Source: an uncultured Gemmataceae bacterium (GTDB lineage Bacteria > Planctomycetota > Planctomycetia > Gemmatales > Gemmataceae). Taken from it: a DNA stretch of 64,000 nt. A program made the position numbers and the translations under genes. The stretch is from assembly GCA_963750165.1 (NCBI GenBank), contig CAVVPN010000011.1, forward strand, positions 864,001-928,000, read 5' to 3'. Under the pieces are notes generated by a model. It was given only the letters and a program-made list of their open reading frames with translations, was not told the origin of the DNA and ran no database searches. Each line of letters starts with the position of its first letter. The first letter of the stretch is position 1. This document shows, piece after piece, positions 30,382 to 41,686 of this stretch.

Positions 30382-31902
30382 TCAAAGTGTTTTCAGGTAC
30401 TCCACCAGGGCGCGCTTCTCATCGGCGGTCAACTCGGTCCCGTACTCTCTGCCCTCGTGGCCGCCGTTGCCGTTGCCCTGGACGCTGGTGTCGTAACGGA
30501 AGTACATCCGGTCGAGGAGTTCCTTCGGGGTGAAGCTCTGCTTCAGCGCATCGTCCAGTTGCAGGATCTCGTCGCCCTGGTGGATGAAGCCGACCTGTCT
30601 GCGGTCGTACACGTCGTAGCCGCGGTAGAACACCTTCGGGCGTTTCGCCTGCGGCTCCAGCAGGGCCTCCAGGGTCGGCACCGATCCGTTGTGCAGGTAC
30701 GGCGCCCGCAGCCACAGCCCGTCGAGCGGCACAGCGACGTACCCGGTCGTCTTGACGAAGTGCGTGAACCCCCACGGATACTGAGAATACTTCTGGTTGT
30801 AGATCTGCGCCGCCTGGCTCTCGCCGTTCTGCGTCCACATCTCCAGGCGGTTCCTGTCTGTCTTCACCTTGTCCAGGGGGATCACTGTGCCCGTGCGCTT
30901 GCCGCCGGGGCCGTGACAGGTGGCACATTGTTTCTCGAAGATCGGTTTGCCCTTCGTCTGCGCCAGGTCCCAGTCGATGGAATACGGGTACTTCGGCGGC
31001 CGCAGGCGCCGGATCCAGTCTTCCAGCTTCTTCAACTCTGCGACGGGCAGCGAGGCCGGCGTCGCGCCGTCGCCGATGGCCCCGCTCAGCACCACTTCGC
31101 GGAGGGAGGTGTTCAGGCCGTCCCAGTGCAGGGGGCTGTGTTCCCGGCTGGCGACGGTCCAGAGCGGTTCCATGTCCGAGTTGCCGACCGACGAATCCTT
31201 GGCCGGGTCCATGCCCAGTTGGTGGAACTTCACCGGGTTGAACGGGTCGATCCGCCCCCGACCCCAGGGCGGCCGTGTGTCGGTCCAGGCGAAGCGCTGC
31301 TTGGCCGCCAGCAAGGCCGACTTCGTCTGCGGGATGAGCACATGCCGGTACAGCGCCTGCTCCAGGGGGGACAGATTCACGTCATACGCGATGGCCGTGA
31401 GGATGTCGTCGGCGTTGAACCGTGGGTCATCGACGCACTTGAACAGAAAACGCTGGTAGCCGAGCACGTCGATGCGCGTCGCCGGGGCCCCGGGCACTAC
31501 CCGCGGCGCCTCCTGCGGGTCGGTGCGGTAGGTCCCCGAGTGGCACAGGGCGCAGTTGATACCGATCCGCGCGAAGCCGATCGTTTTCTTGGAGAAACCG
31601 ACGGGGACCTCCTGGCCCTCTTCCCAGACGAGCCCCAGCGAGGCGTACCCGCCTGGCCCCGGCAAATATTCCGAGAACATCCGCGGCAGCACCAGCCAGA
31701 TCCAGTAAGGCATGCCCTCAGGGCCTTCGGTGCCGATCGAGCCGTACTTGAATTGCTCCTCGAACGAGTCGAAGTGTTGTGGCTCCTCGCGGAACAGGTT
31801 GTACCACGCGCCGAAGGCGACTGCCCCGACGAGCACGAGCACGATGACCAGGATTTTCAGCCAGACCGGCCAGCGTTTGCCCGATCGCGCTTCACCGCCC
31901 AT
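30382..31902 (-). CDS. Membrane-anchored diheme cytochrome c (RoxA/MauG-like)
   Basis: N-terminal TM; FKYGSIG, CALCH, GRIDPFNP, LHWDG, CATCH, PLDGLWLRAPYLHNGSVPTL, GNGNGGH, ALVEYLKTL. Confidence 0.85.
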   Translation of the reverse strand: MGGEARSGKRWPVWLKILVIVLVLVGAVAFGAWYNLFREEPQHFDSFEEQFKYGSIGTEGPEGMPYWIWLVLPRMFSEYLPGPGGYASLGLVWEEGQEVPVGFSKKTIGFARIGINCALCHSGTYRTDPQEAPRVVPGAPATRIDVLGYQRFLFKCVDDPRFNADDILTAIAYDVNLSPLEQALYRHVLIPQTKSALLAAKQRFAWTDTRPPWGRGRIDPFNPVKFHQLGMDPAKDSSVGNSDMEPLWTVASREHSPLHWDGLNTSLREVVLSGAIGDGATPASLPVAELKKLEDWIRRLRPPKYPYSIDWDLAQTKGKPIFEKQCATCHGPGGKRTGTVIPLDKVKTDRNRLEMWTQNGESQAAQIYNQKYSQYPWGFTHFVKTTGYVAVPLDGLWLRAPYLHNGSVPTLEALLEPQAKRPKVFYRGYDVYDRRQVGFIHQGDEILQLDDALKQSFTPKELLDRMYFRYDTSVQGNGNGGHEGREYGTELTADEKRALVEYLKTL

Positions 31903-31914
31903 GACGCCCTCCTT

Positions 31915-32307
31915 TCACGAAGCCTCGGCCATCGGCCCATCGAGCAAGGTCAGGAGCAACAGCGTCCCTTGCAGCACGGTGAGGGTCAGGTCGATGTACC
32001 CGAAGAACGCTGGGAACTGGCCGGGGTAGAGGAAAAAGAAAAACACCACGCCCCCGGCCCGGGCCACCACCGTACACGCGGCCAGGGGAGCATAGCGGAT
32101 CGGGTCCACAGCCCCGGGGATGTAAAAGACGCTCAGGAGCATCAGCAAAAGACAGGCGCAGGCCGGCCAGATCGGCTGCACTGCCGGCTCGGTCCCAGCC
32201 AGTCCGAGTACCGCGTTCGGGATGAAAATCCCGGGCAGCGCGAAGAACCAGTCCTGCAGGATGCCGACAAACACCGCCCAGCGGAACCAGCGGCTGTACT
32301 TGCTCAT
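31915..32307 (-). CDS. Small four-TM membrane protein
   Basis: 130 aa, hydrophobic; LLSVFYIPGAVDP versus LLSLFYIPGAMDP in 29082-30344. Confidence 0.8.
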   Translation of the reverse strand: MSKYSRWFRWAVFVGILQDWFFALPGIFIPNAVLGLAGTEPAVQPIWPACACLLLMLLSVFYIPGAVDPIRYAPLAACTVVARAGGVVFFFFLYPGQFPAFFGYIDLTLTVLQGTLLLLTLLDGPMAEAS

Positions 32308-32349
32308 GTGACCCTCCTTCCCCGTCCAGGACTCGGACCCGCCCGGCGT

Positions 32350-34004
32350 CTACAGTTTCTTGAGGTACTCCAGCAGCGCCCGCTTCTCACCGTCGGAAAG
32401 CTCCGTGCCGTAGACGCGGCCCTCATGGCCCTGGTTGCCGTTGCCGCCCAGGGTCGTGTCATACCGAAACAGTTTGCGGCCGTCGGCGGATCGATCGCGG
32501 TCGGAACGGAAGCCAACGTTTATCGGGTCGTACTCGTCGTCCCCGCGCCAGAAGTAGAGTTTGTCTTTTGGCAAACGGTCCGACGCCTTTTTGAGCAGAT
32601 CGTTTAGCGTAGGCACCGAACCATTGTGCAGGTACGGCGCCCGGGCCCAGAGGCCGTCCAGCGGCATGCTTACGTAGCCGTTCGTCTTGCGAAAGTTGTG
32701 GAACCGCCACCACTGCCCGGCGCCGAACGTGTTCTGGTTGAAGGCGAAGTCCACGGTGTACGAGTCCAAACGGGCGCTGTCAGTGCCGATCTTGTCAATG
32801 GGCACCACCTGGCCGACCTGGGCGCCGCGCCAGTCATGGCAGGCCGCACAATATTGCTGGTAAATCGCCTGTCCCCGGGCGGCCAGCGGCTCGTCGATCG
32901 GGAACGGGTATTTCGGGATGGGCAGTTCGCCCTGACGCGGCACCGGGTTGGCGCGGGCCGCTTCGATCTCCTCGACAGTGAGCGGCTGTTTCGGGTCGGG
33001 CGAGCCGATCCACCGCGCCACGCGCAGGATGCGGGGGATGTCCACGCTGACGGGTGTGGCGCCCGCGCCCATCGCGGCACTGAGGTTGCGCTCGAAGACC
33101 GACGTGTTGTTGCCGTCCCAGTGCAGGTGCATGCCCTCGCGCGGCCGCTGGTTCCACAGCGACGGGAGGTCCGCCGTGCCGATGCTTTTGTCCTGCGGGA
33201 AGCCGAAATACTGGTACTTGTACGGGTTGAACGTGTCGATGCGACCCGGCCCCGAGCGCGGGTTCTTGTAGAGGAAGGCGAAGTCCTTTTGTTTCTTCTC
33301 CAGGGCCTTGCGCACCTCGGGGATCGCCTGTTTGTACACCAGCCGTTCGATCGGCCGCAGGGTCGTCCGCTTGCCGATGGCCGCCAGCACCTCGTGCTCG
33401 GTGAAGCGGCTGTCGGTGCCGCACGCGATCAGGAACTTGACGTACTCAGCGAGGTCCACGGTAATGGCTGGCATGCCGAGGATGATCACCCGCTCCTTCG
33501 CTTGCGGGGACAAGTAGTCCGGCTCGGCCCCGTAAATCCGCGTGGGGTCCATGCCCGGCACCACCTTTACTGTACCCACGTGGCAGACCGCGCAGTTGAG
33601 GCCGACGCGGTCCACCAGCACCCGGCGTTTGGTGAATCCTATCGGCAACTCGCGCCGGACTCGTGTAGGAAGCCGAACTGGGCGTAGCCGGCCAGGGCGG
33701 TCCGCTGCTCGGCCGGCAGCGACCGGAACTTCTCCGGCTCGGGCAGGTGCTCGGCAAACATCTCCGGCAGGGCGTCCCAGATCCAGTACGGGATGCCCTG
33801 CTCCACGTCCGAGCCGATGGAGCCGTACTTGAAGTGGTCCCGGATGTCCTCGTAGTCGGTTGGCACCTGGGCAAAGACGCCCCAGTACACGGCCGTGATC
33901 AGCAAGAAGATCACGGCCCCGACAACGATCCAGACCCTCCGGGCGAACCGGAGCCGGTAAAGTTGCACCGGGTCGCGCCATTCCGTCACTATGGGCTGGC
34001 TCAT
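32350..34004 (-). CDS. Membrane-anchored diheme cytochrome c (RoxA/MauG-like); frameshift near 33660
   Basis: N-terminal part in ORF 33639-34004 (HFKYGSIG); CAVCH, GRIDTFNP, LHWDG, CAACH and APYLHNGSVPTL in ORF 32350-34359. Confidence 0.85.
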
Positions 34005-34034
34005 GCGACGTTCCCCCTTGCAGAATCGGCTGGC

Positions 34035-34175
34035 TTACGCGAGATACAGATACCAGTAGGCCGCGGCGATCACCGCCACCACGACGATGCTGAGGATGAT
34101 GAGCCACCGGCGGCGCGCCCGGAGGCAGTACAACTGCACCGGGTCGCGCCACTCCGTCACCTTGGTCTGGGTCAT
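34035..34175 (-). CDS. 46-aa single-TM peptide paralogous to the N-terminus of the next gene
   Basis: AGGAG RBS; MTQTKVTEWRDPVQLYCLRARRRWLIILSIVVVAVIAAAYWYLYLA. Confidence 0.6.
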   Translation of the reverse strand: MTQTKVTEWRDPVQLYCLRARRRWLIILSIVVVAVIAAAYWYLYLA

Positions 34176-34454
34176 GGGCCACTCCTGTTTCCGTGGTGGG
34201 CTCAGGCATGCTGCCGGGCCACGTCCACCACATTCGGTTCGTGCTTGCCGTCGTTCTCGAGCCGTTTGCGGATGGGAGTAGCGGGGAGTCACTGGGCCAG
34301 AGGGCCACCGGGCCACCCTGTCGGAAACCGTGGCCGTGCCGTGCCCACCCCTGCCACACCGCGCAACCGGGCCACCACCATTTCCTCCCACACAGAGCGT
34401 TTTTTTTCGGAACAACCGACTCAACCCCACCGCTTCACCCATGCGCACACTGCT

Positions 34455-35807
34455 CTAGGCAAACGGCGAGGGCTTGTAGACAGACATGGCCGTTTCGATC
34501 ATCTTCTCAAAGTCGCCGTCGAAGCGGCTCAGTTCGTAGCACGCCAGCGGCCAGGCGACATCGTTGAAGCAGCACTTGTTGCAGTAGGTACACAGCTTAT
34601 TCTCCGGCACCTCCTCGCCGCGCGCGAAGTATTCGACCAGGTTGTTGTTGGCGATCAGCGGTCGGGCGATGCTGACGGCATCGGTCTTGCCGTCGCGGAT
34701 CGCCGCGCGGATGAAGGCACCGTTCTGGAAGCCGCCGGTGCAGATGACCGGGATTTTCAGGGCCTTCTTGATGGCCTCGGCGTACCCGAGGTTGATGCCC
34801 TGCACTGGCCCCTTGCCGGCACCGCGGTGCCGCCACCACCAGGCGACGAACGGCCCCACGAGCCAGCTGTAGAAGAACAGGTAATTGCGGTGCGTGAGGG
34901 TGCCGCTCGACAGGACAGTCGAGTAGGTGCGCTGCACGTCGATCAGCGGCAGGTCGCCGGCGGGGTTGCGCGGGTGCGGGAACAGACTGCCGCTGGACAC
35001 GTGGATGGCGTGGACCCCCTCGGCCTCCAGCATCTTGCACAGCTCGATCTCTTCCTCCAGGGTGTTGCCCTTCTTGTACCAGGGGAACAGGGCGTTATTG
35101 TGGTCGGCGCCGTTGATCTTGCACTGCAGGTGAAAATCCTTGCCTGCCTCGCGCTGGATCGCCCGGACGATCTCGATCAGGAAGCGGGCGCGGTTTTCCA
35201 GCGAGCCGCCGTACTCGTCCCTGCGGTCGTTGATACCGCTGCTGAGGAACTGGTTGATCAGGTAGCCGTTGGCCGAGTGCGTCTCCACGCCGTCCAACCC
35301 CGCCGCACGGGCGCGCCGAGCTCCCGCCCCAAACCAGTCCACGACCTCCTTGATCTCCGCCTTCGTCATCGCCCGGCAGAGAATGCCGTGGAAGTAGTCA
35401 CGCTGGTTGGTGGAACTCTGTGCGAGCTTGAACAGGTTCTCGACGCCGCCCATGTCTTGCTGGCGGCCGGAGTGGCTCAGTTGCAAGATGTAGCGACACG
35501 GGACGCCGTTCTCGTCCTTGTACTGGTGGACTCGTTCGCCGACCGCACGCCAGAACGGGATCTTGTCGTCGTTGTCGATCACGGCGAAGTTGGGCAGGAT
35601 ACGGCCCCGGACGTGGACCGGCACGTAGGACGAGATGATCGCCCCAACGCCGCCGCGGGCGAACTTCTCCTCCCAGTTGATGCGAGCGTGGGTTCCCGAG
35701 CCATCGTAATTGTCGAACCGCCCCGAGATGCTGGAGCGGAAAATGCGGTTCTTGACCGTCAGGTGCGGGAAGATGAGCGGCTCAAACAGGATGTCCTTGG
35801 CTGGCAC
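34455..35807 (-). CDS. NADH:flavin oxidoreductase (Old Yellow Enzyme family)
   Basis: GTG start with GAGGAGG RBS; LFEPL..VKNRIFRS, QLSHSGRQ, GLDGVETHSANGYLINQFLS, RRDEYGGSLENRARF; C-terminal CxxCxxC...C. Confidence 0.92.
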   Translation of the reverse strand: MPAKDILFEPLIFPHLTVKNRIFRSSISGRFDNYDGSGTHARINWEEKFARGGVGAIISSYVPVHVRGRILPNFAVIDNDDKIPFWRAVGERVHQYKDENGVPCRYILQLSHSGRQQDMGGVENLFKLAQSSTNQRDYFHGILCRAMTKAEIKEVVDWFGAGARRARAAGLDGVETHSANGYLINQFLSSGINDRRDEYGGSLENRARFLIEIVRAIQREAGKDFHLQCKINGADHNNALFPWYKKGNTLEEEIELCKMLEAEGVHAIHVSSGSLFPHPRNPAGDLPLIDVQRTYSTVLSSGTLTHRNYLFFYSWLVGPFVAWWWRHRGAGKGPVQGINLGYAEAIKKALKIPVICTGGFQNGAFIRAAIRDGKTDAVSIARPLIANNNLVEYFARGEEVPENKLCTYCNKCCFNDVAWPLACYELSRFDGDFEKMIETAMSVYKPSPFA

Positions 35808-36080
35808 GGGATCCTCCTCTCCAGGCGGACGGTCGGACTTAGGAGCGGGTTGAGAAGGCCGCCGACTCACCCTGCCGCCCAGACCGGCCTGAGCTGGGGG
35901 CCCTGGGCGGCAGAGGAAGCGGCGCTGGCCACACAAGAGTAATCGCAATCGCCGGTAAAAAAGGGACACGCGTTTTGGAAAAAAACTCTCGCCCGCGTCT
36001 GAGCCCCTCGGACAGCAGCCTTCCGCGCGTACGCGCCGACGAGTGCGGGTGCGTGGTTCTTCGCCATCGCTGTGCCGGGC

Positions 36081-37160
36081 TCAATCGCTCAGGGTCGTCC
36101 GCCAGAATGGTTTGACCCATTCCTGAATTTGCTCCAGAGGTCGGTGGTGTACCACATTGGTCACGCTCAGGAACTCCATCACCACCAGGGCGGCACGGGC
36201 CTCGCTCGCCAGCATCTCCTTCAGGATGGCCCCCTGGGCCTCGTCGATGAGCTGCTCGCGCAGGGCGGCGTGCTGGTCGCCTGGCAGCAGGATCGTGATC
36301 AGCCGCTCGGCGCCGTCCAGCCGCCCCCACATCAGGTCATTGAACCGCCAGCGGCGGTCCAGGAAGGCGCCGAAATGGAACAGGGCGGTGCCGGCCAGTT
36401 TGCGGCGGCCCCCTTTCTGTCTCCCCTCCATCCGTTCATCGATCAGGTTCGTGGCGTCTTCCGGACTGATGCGGAAGATGTCCACCGTGGCAGGTTCACC
36501 AACACCCGAGCCGAACAGGATCAGATAAATCACCATGTCGTACTCGTCGTAGGTGTAGAAGTAGCGCCGCAGGACGCTCCGCACGACCCGCAATGACTCG
36601 GAATCCTCCCCCTCTATGACGACCAGGGCCAGCCGGCACTTTTTGTCCACCTCCGCCACCAGGGGGCGCAGCAGGTGGGCCAGTCGATCCGCCGCGTAGT
36701 TCAGATTGGCCTTGATGGCTCCCGAGTTGGCCTCCAGCAGCCAATGGGCGCACTGCCGCATCGCCTCTTCCGGGCTGCGCTCGAAAGCGTCCTCCGGGAC
36801 GGGCGGGAGCCCGGCCAGGGGTTTGCCCAGGATGTAGCTCAGGTGGTCCGGCGCGACGCCGAGTTCCACGACGATGTCGCCCACCTGGATCGAGGAGGGG
36901 CGGCCGGCGGTGGCCGGCGGCTGGGTCAGCAGCTTCCCGCTCAGGCGGGCTAGCGTGACCGAGCAGCGGTTGAGCATCTCCTTGATGCGGCGCAGTTCCG
37001 CCTGGATCCGCGTTTTCTCCGCATCGGGGAGGTTCTGCCATCCGGACACGTCGGCGAGCGGGCTGCCCTCCTCCGCCCAGCGGGACAGGACCTCAAACGT
37101 CGGCCCGTCCAGGCGGTGCAACTGGTTGATCTTGGTGCGGACGAAGTTCAGGCGGCGATT
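36081..37160 (-). pseudogene. C-terminal DUF3376 part of a patatin-related protein; catalytic N-terminus missing
   Basis: RRKLAGTALFHFGAFLDRRWRFNDLMWGRLDGAERLI; no patatin motifs or convincing start upstream. Confidence 0.7.
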
Positions 37161-37574
37161 GAATGACCGCGCTTGCCAGCAAGCGTCCCCTGGCTTGTTC
37201 GCCGTGTTTGTGGGTAATTGACAGCGGCCGGTCTCCGCGCAGACGCCGGGCAACAACACCGTGGCCGACGACCTGCAGCGGGTCAGACGGTAGGCCGGCG
37301 CATTGCCAGGGTTTGTGTCGGCGACCACACCGCTGAAAACACCGGCGCGACGATTTTGGTCGGCAGGCACCGCCAGGTCCTCCGCCTGGCGGTGCCTTCA
37401 AATTGGTTGCGTCAGCGTCGGGTGCTCTCTGCCGCGCCCGGCATCTTCCAGTTACTCTGTGTCGCTGTCAACGGAAACGGGGCGGCTTTGGTTGATCATT
37501 GATCAGATGTCGGGGTCGCTCGACCAACAAAGGAGGCCCCGCACATGGCGGGGCTTCCTGGGGCGCACAGGGGT

Positions 37575-37685
37575 TCAGTTGGTGTTGCGCCTGGCGAACT
37601 TGCCGCGCTCGGTCTTGACGAACCGCGCCTGTTGGCCCTTGATGCTGAGCTCACGCAGGATGGCGCTGTGGCTGGTCGCCGCGTC
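37575..37685 (-). pseudogene. C-terminal fragment of a HARE-HTH (winged helix) protein
   Basis: AATSHSAILRELSIKGQQARFVKTERGKFARRNTN*; no start or N-terminus. Confidence 0.5.
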
Positions 37686-37822
37686 GTCTCGCCCTCTTGT
37701 GAAGTCCAGTAACCTTTAGAAAAACCCGGGGGGCGGTGAGTGCGGAACCGAACTCTAAACCGCGCAAGCAGCCTGGCGCGCTGGCGAACGCCAGGCCGCT
37801 TGCGGCGGCCCGGGCAGGCCGG

Positions 37823-39060
37823 TTACAACAGTTCGTCGATCGGCGTCGGGTCGTCCATGACGTTGACCGGGCGGCCGCTGGGGTCGAGCAGCTGCAGGCG
37901 CGGGTCGATGCCCAGCACGTGGTAGATGGTGGCGTGGAGGTTGCAGGGCGTGAGCGGCCGGGAGTTGGGCCGCGTGCCGAGCCGATCGGTGGAGCCGACC
38001 ACCTGGCCGCCGCGCAGCCCGCCGCCGCCGAGCAGGCAGAACATGGCGTTGCCCCAGTGGTCGCGGCCCGGCGTACCCATGCTCCGCGGCGCCCCGCCGT
38101 TGCCGCCGTCGTTCATGCGCGGCGTGCGGCTGAACTCGCCGCACAACACCACCAGCACCCGCCCCAGCAGGCCGCGCCGCTCCAGGTCCTCGAACAGCGC
38201 CGACACCGCCGCGTCCACCATCGGCAGGTAGCGCTCCATGCCCGCCTGCAGGTCCCAGTGGTGGTCCCAGCCGCCGAAGTGGACCGTGACGAAGGTCGTG
38301 CCGGCCTCGACCAGCCGGCGCGCCAGCAGGGTGCTCTGGCCCCAGTGGTTGCGGCCGTACTGGTCGCGCACCCGGGGGTCCTCGCGGCCGATGTCGAAGG
38401 CCAGGCGGGCGGTCGGGCCGGTGACGAAGTCGAAGGCCTCGCGGTTGAAGCGGTCCATGGCCTCGGCGGTGCCGTGGTCGTCCAGGTGGTGGCGCGAGGC
38501 GTCGAATTGCCGGCACAGGGCGCGGCGGTCTTCCAGGCGCTCCAGCGTCAGACCGCGGGCCAGGTTCAGGTTCTGCACGCTGAAGTTGGGGCTATTGGGG
38601 TCGCCGCCCGGCTGGAAGGGGTTGTGCTGGGCGCCGAGCAGGCCGCCGCCGAAGTAGCCGGGGGGTCAGGCCGATGCTGCTGGCGTGCGGCACGCCGACG
38701 TAGGCGGGCAGGCCCGGCCGGCGCGGGCCGGCCTCGCGCGACACGAAGGCGCCGATGCCGGGGAAGCGCTGGCCGTTGTTGACGCCGCTGACGCCCAGAT
38801 CCTTGGCGGTGAGCATACGGTGGCCGCCGGCGAAGTGGTCCCCGGTGTCGTGGTGCAGCGAGCGCACCACCGAGAACAGGTTCGTCACCCGGGCCTGGCG
38901 CGGGAACAGTTCACTGATGTCGAAGCCGGGCACCCGCGTGCGGATCGGCCGCCAGATGCCGCGGTACTCCGCCGGGGCCTCCGGTTTCAGGTCGTACAGG
39001 TCCATGTGGCTGGGGCCGCCGTCCAGCCAGATCAGGATGACGGAGGTGTCCCGCGTGCCC
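37823..39060 (-). pseudogene. DUF1501 protein, 5'-truncated at the Rhs junction; frameshift near 38660
   Basis: SVILIWLDGGPSHMDLYDLKP, LLARRLVEAG, WDHH, GEFSRTP, GRDHW, GGQVVGSTD. Confidence 0.85.
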
Positions 39061-41435
39061 CCAGACGCAGTACGTCTTCGACGCGCTCAACCGCAGCACG
39101 GTGACCATCGACGCGCTGAGCGGCAGCACCACGAACACCTACGACGCGGCCGGCAACCTGACGCAGACCGAGGACGCCGACGGCAACGTCACCACCTTCA
39201 GCTACGACGCCGACGAGCGGCAGATCACGAATACGGACCCGTTCGGGCACACCACCACCAACGCCTACAACGCCGTGGGGTTGCTCACGGACACGACCGA
39301 CCGGCTGGGGCGGCAGATCCAGTACCTCTACGACGCGGATAACCGGGTGACGGGGCAGACCTGGGTGGCGTCCGACGGCACGACGGTGGACCAGCGGCTG
39401 ACCTTCACCTACGACAACGACGGCAACCAGCTGACCGCGCAGAGCAGCAGCGGCACGTACACGATGAGTTACGACGGGCTGGGGCGGGTCACGGGGGTGC
39501 AGGAGCCGTTCGGCCAGCAGTTGACGTTCAGCTACGACGCGCGCGGCAACCGCACGGTGGTGCAGGACAGCCAGGACGGCGTGACCACCTCGGTCTACGA
39601 CGACAACAACCAGCTGGTGGAACTGGAGCAATCGGAGAGCGGGTCAGCGCCGCTGCGCGTCAACCTGACGTACAACCAGCTGGGACAAAACGACTCGATC
39701 ACGCGCTACAACAGCCTGGACGGGCTGGTAACCGAGGTGGTGGCCACGACGAGCCTCAGCTACGACGTGTACGGCCGGGAGACCAACATCGACCACACCG
39801 ACGGCACGCCCACCAGCATCACCTACACCTACGACGCCCAGGGCTGGGTCAACACCGAGACGCGCGACAGCACCACCGTCACCTACACCTACGACGCGGA
39901 CGGCGAGTTGACGGGGGACGGCGCCACCACGGTGACGTACGACGCCGACGGCAACCGCGACAACGGCAGCAACACGCCGGGCACGGCCAACCAGCTGACG
40001 ACGGACGGGACGTGGGACTACAGCTACGACCTGGAGGGCAACGAGACCAAGAAGGTCAACGTCAGCACCGGCGAAACCTGGACCTACGGCTACGACCAGC
40101 GCAACGAACTCCTCTGGGCCAAGGACCGGGTCACCGACGGCGGCACCTTGATTTCCCGCACCAGCTACAAGTATGATGCGTATGGCAACCGCATCGAACA
40201 AGACATTGACACGAACGGCGACGGTACGGTAGATATTGAGCAGCGCTACGCGCTGGACGGCTGGAACCCGGCGCTGGCGGGCTCAACAGGGAACTCCAAC
40301 TGGAACGTGTGGGCGGACCTGGACGGGCTAAACAGCAACGCGCTGGTCTCGAAGTACCTGCGCGGAGACGTGGTGGACCAGCTGTTCGCGCGGGTGGACG
40401 ATGTCAGTTCGACGCTGACGCCGTACTGGATGCTGACCGACCACCTGGGGTCGGTGATCGCCGTGACGGATGATAGCGGCGCGGTGCAGGCGAGCGTCCA
40501 CTACGACGGCTGGGGCAAGGCCACGATCACCGGGAGCAATACGGCGGCGGTGGGCCGCTACGAGTGGACGGGGCGCGAGTACGACGCCGAGACGAAGCTG
40601 CAGTACAACCGGGCACGCTACTACGACGCCGCGACCGGGCGCTGGATGAGCCAGGACCCGCTCGGGTTCGATGCGGGGGATAGCAACCTGTATCGGTACG
40701 CATCAAACAAGCCCACTACCTTAACAGACCCGAGCGGTTTGCTATGGACACCAAGGAATACGTGGGAAAATCACCTGACAGGCGCGACAAAAAAGAAATG
40801 GGAAAAGCTTTGGGATCATGACTGGCGAATCGTCGGGAATAACGGCAAGAAGTTCGGCAGTTTTGCGTTTGGTCCTGCGGTAGAGGATGTTCGCACGACC
40901 TTCGATGAAGAGGACATGAAGAAGGGAATGATCAAGGGACGTGACATTCAATGGTATCGAGGCTATTACGTCGGTGGGTCCTACGGTTGGCTCGTCGATT
41001 TCGACAAAATGACCATTCAGATCGACGCTGTGACCGATGAGTACGCTGCCGAGGTGTTGAACGAATTGATCCCCAGGCTGGCCGATGGTGAACAGAAGAG
41101 TGGGAAAAAGTATGAATACCACATCGATCTCTACTCGGGGAAAAAAGTGAACGATGCGCCTGCGCGATCGATGGGACACGCGATTCGATCGCGACATTCG
41201 CGGCAAAGACTACCCACCGCCGGCTGCCCGCTTTTTGTTGAACCTGAGCCAACGAGTCGGTGAGGCTGCTGACAGGGTGATTCAAGGGACCGTCGGCTTC
41301 TGGACCGTGACTCGACCTGACGGCTGGAGGGACTTGGTGACTGCGGTTCGTGATGGCGTCCGGTACATCTACGACGCCAAGCAGGGGGCCGAATGGCAAC
41401 GATTTATTGATGAGGCGATGAAGAAAGCCAAATAA
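39061..41435 (+). CDS. Orphan Rhs module 1: YD repeats, core and unknown C-terminal domain; frameshift near 41160
   Basis: YD repeats; WTGREYDAETKLQYNRARYYD...WMSQDPLG...NLYRY...DPSGL; lower-GC tail from about 40742. Confidence 0.88.
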
Positions 41436-41686
41436 CCTCATGGCAGGGTTGTCGCATTAGACAGCTCTCGCCTGCACGGATATAGTTCAGGTTTAGCTCT
41501 GACCGGTGTGGCTACACAACCCCCGCCCCTGTGGAATCGGAAACCGCGACGGCCTACGCCAACGACTGGCTCCCGCCGTAACGCGCAACCCGGTTGACAC
41601 TCCCTCAGTGCCCCCGAACCGGCCGGGGCGGCTAGGCTAAAGGCTTTCGCGCGGCGGGTAGGACAATTGGCAGCACAATCGAGAGT

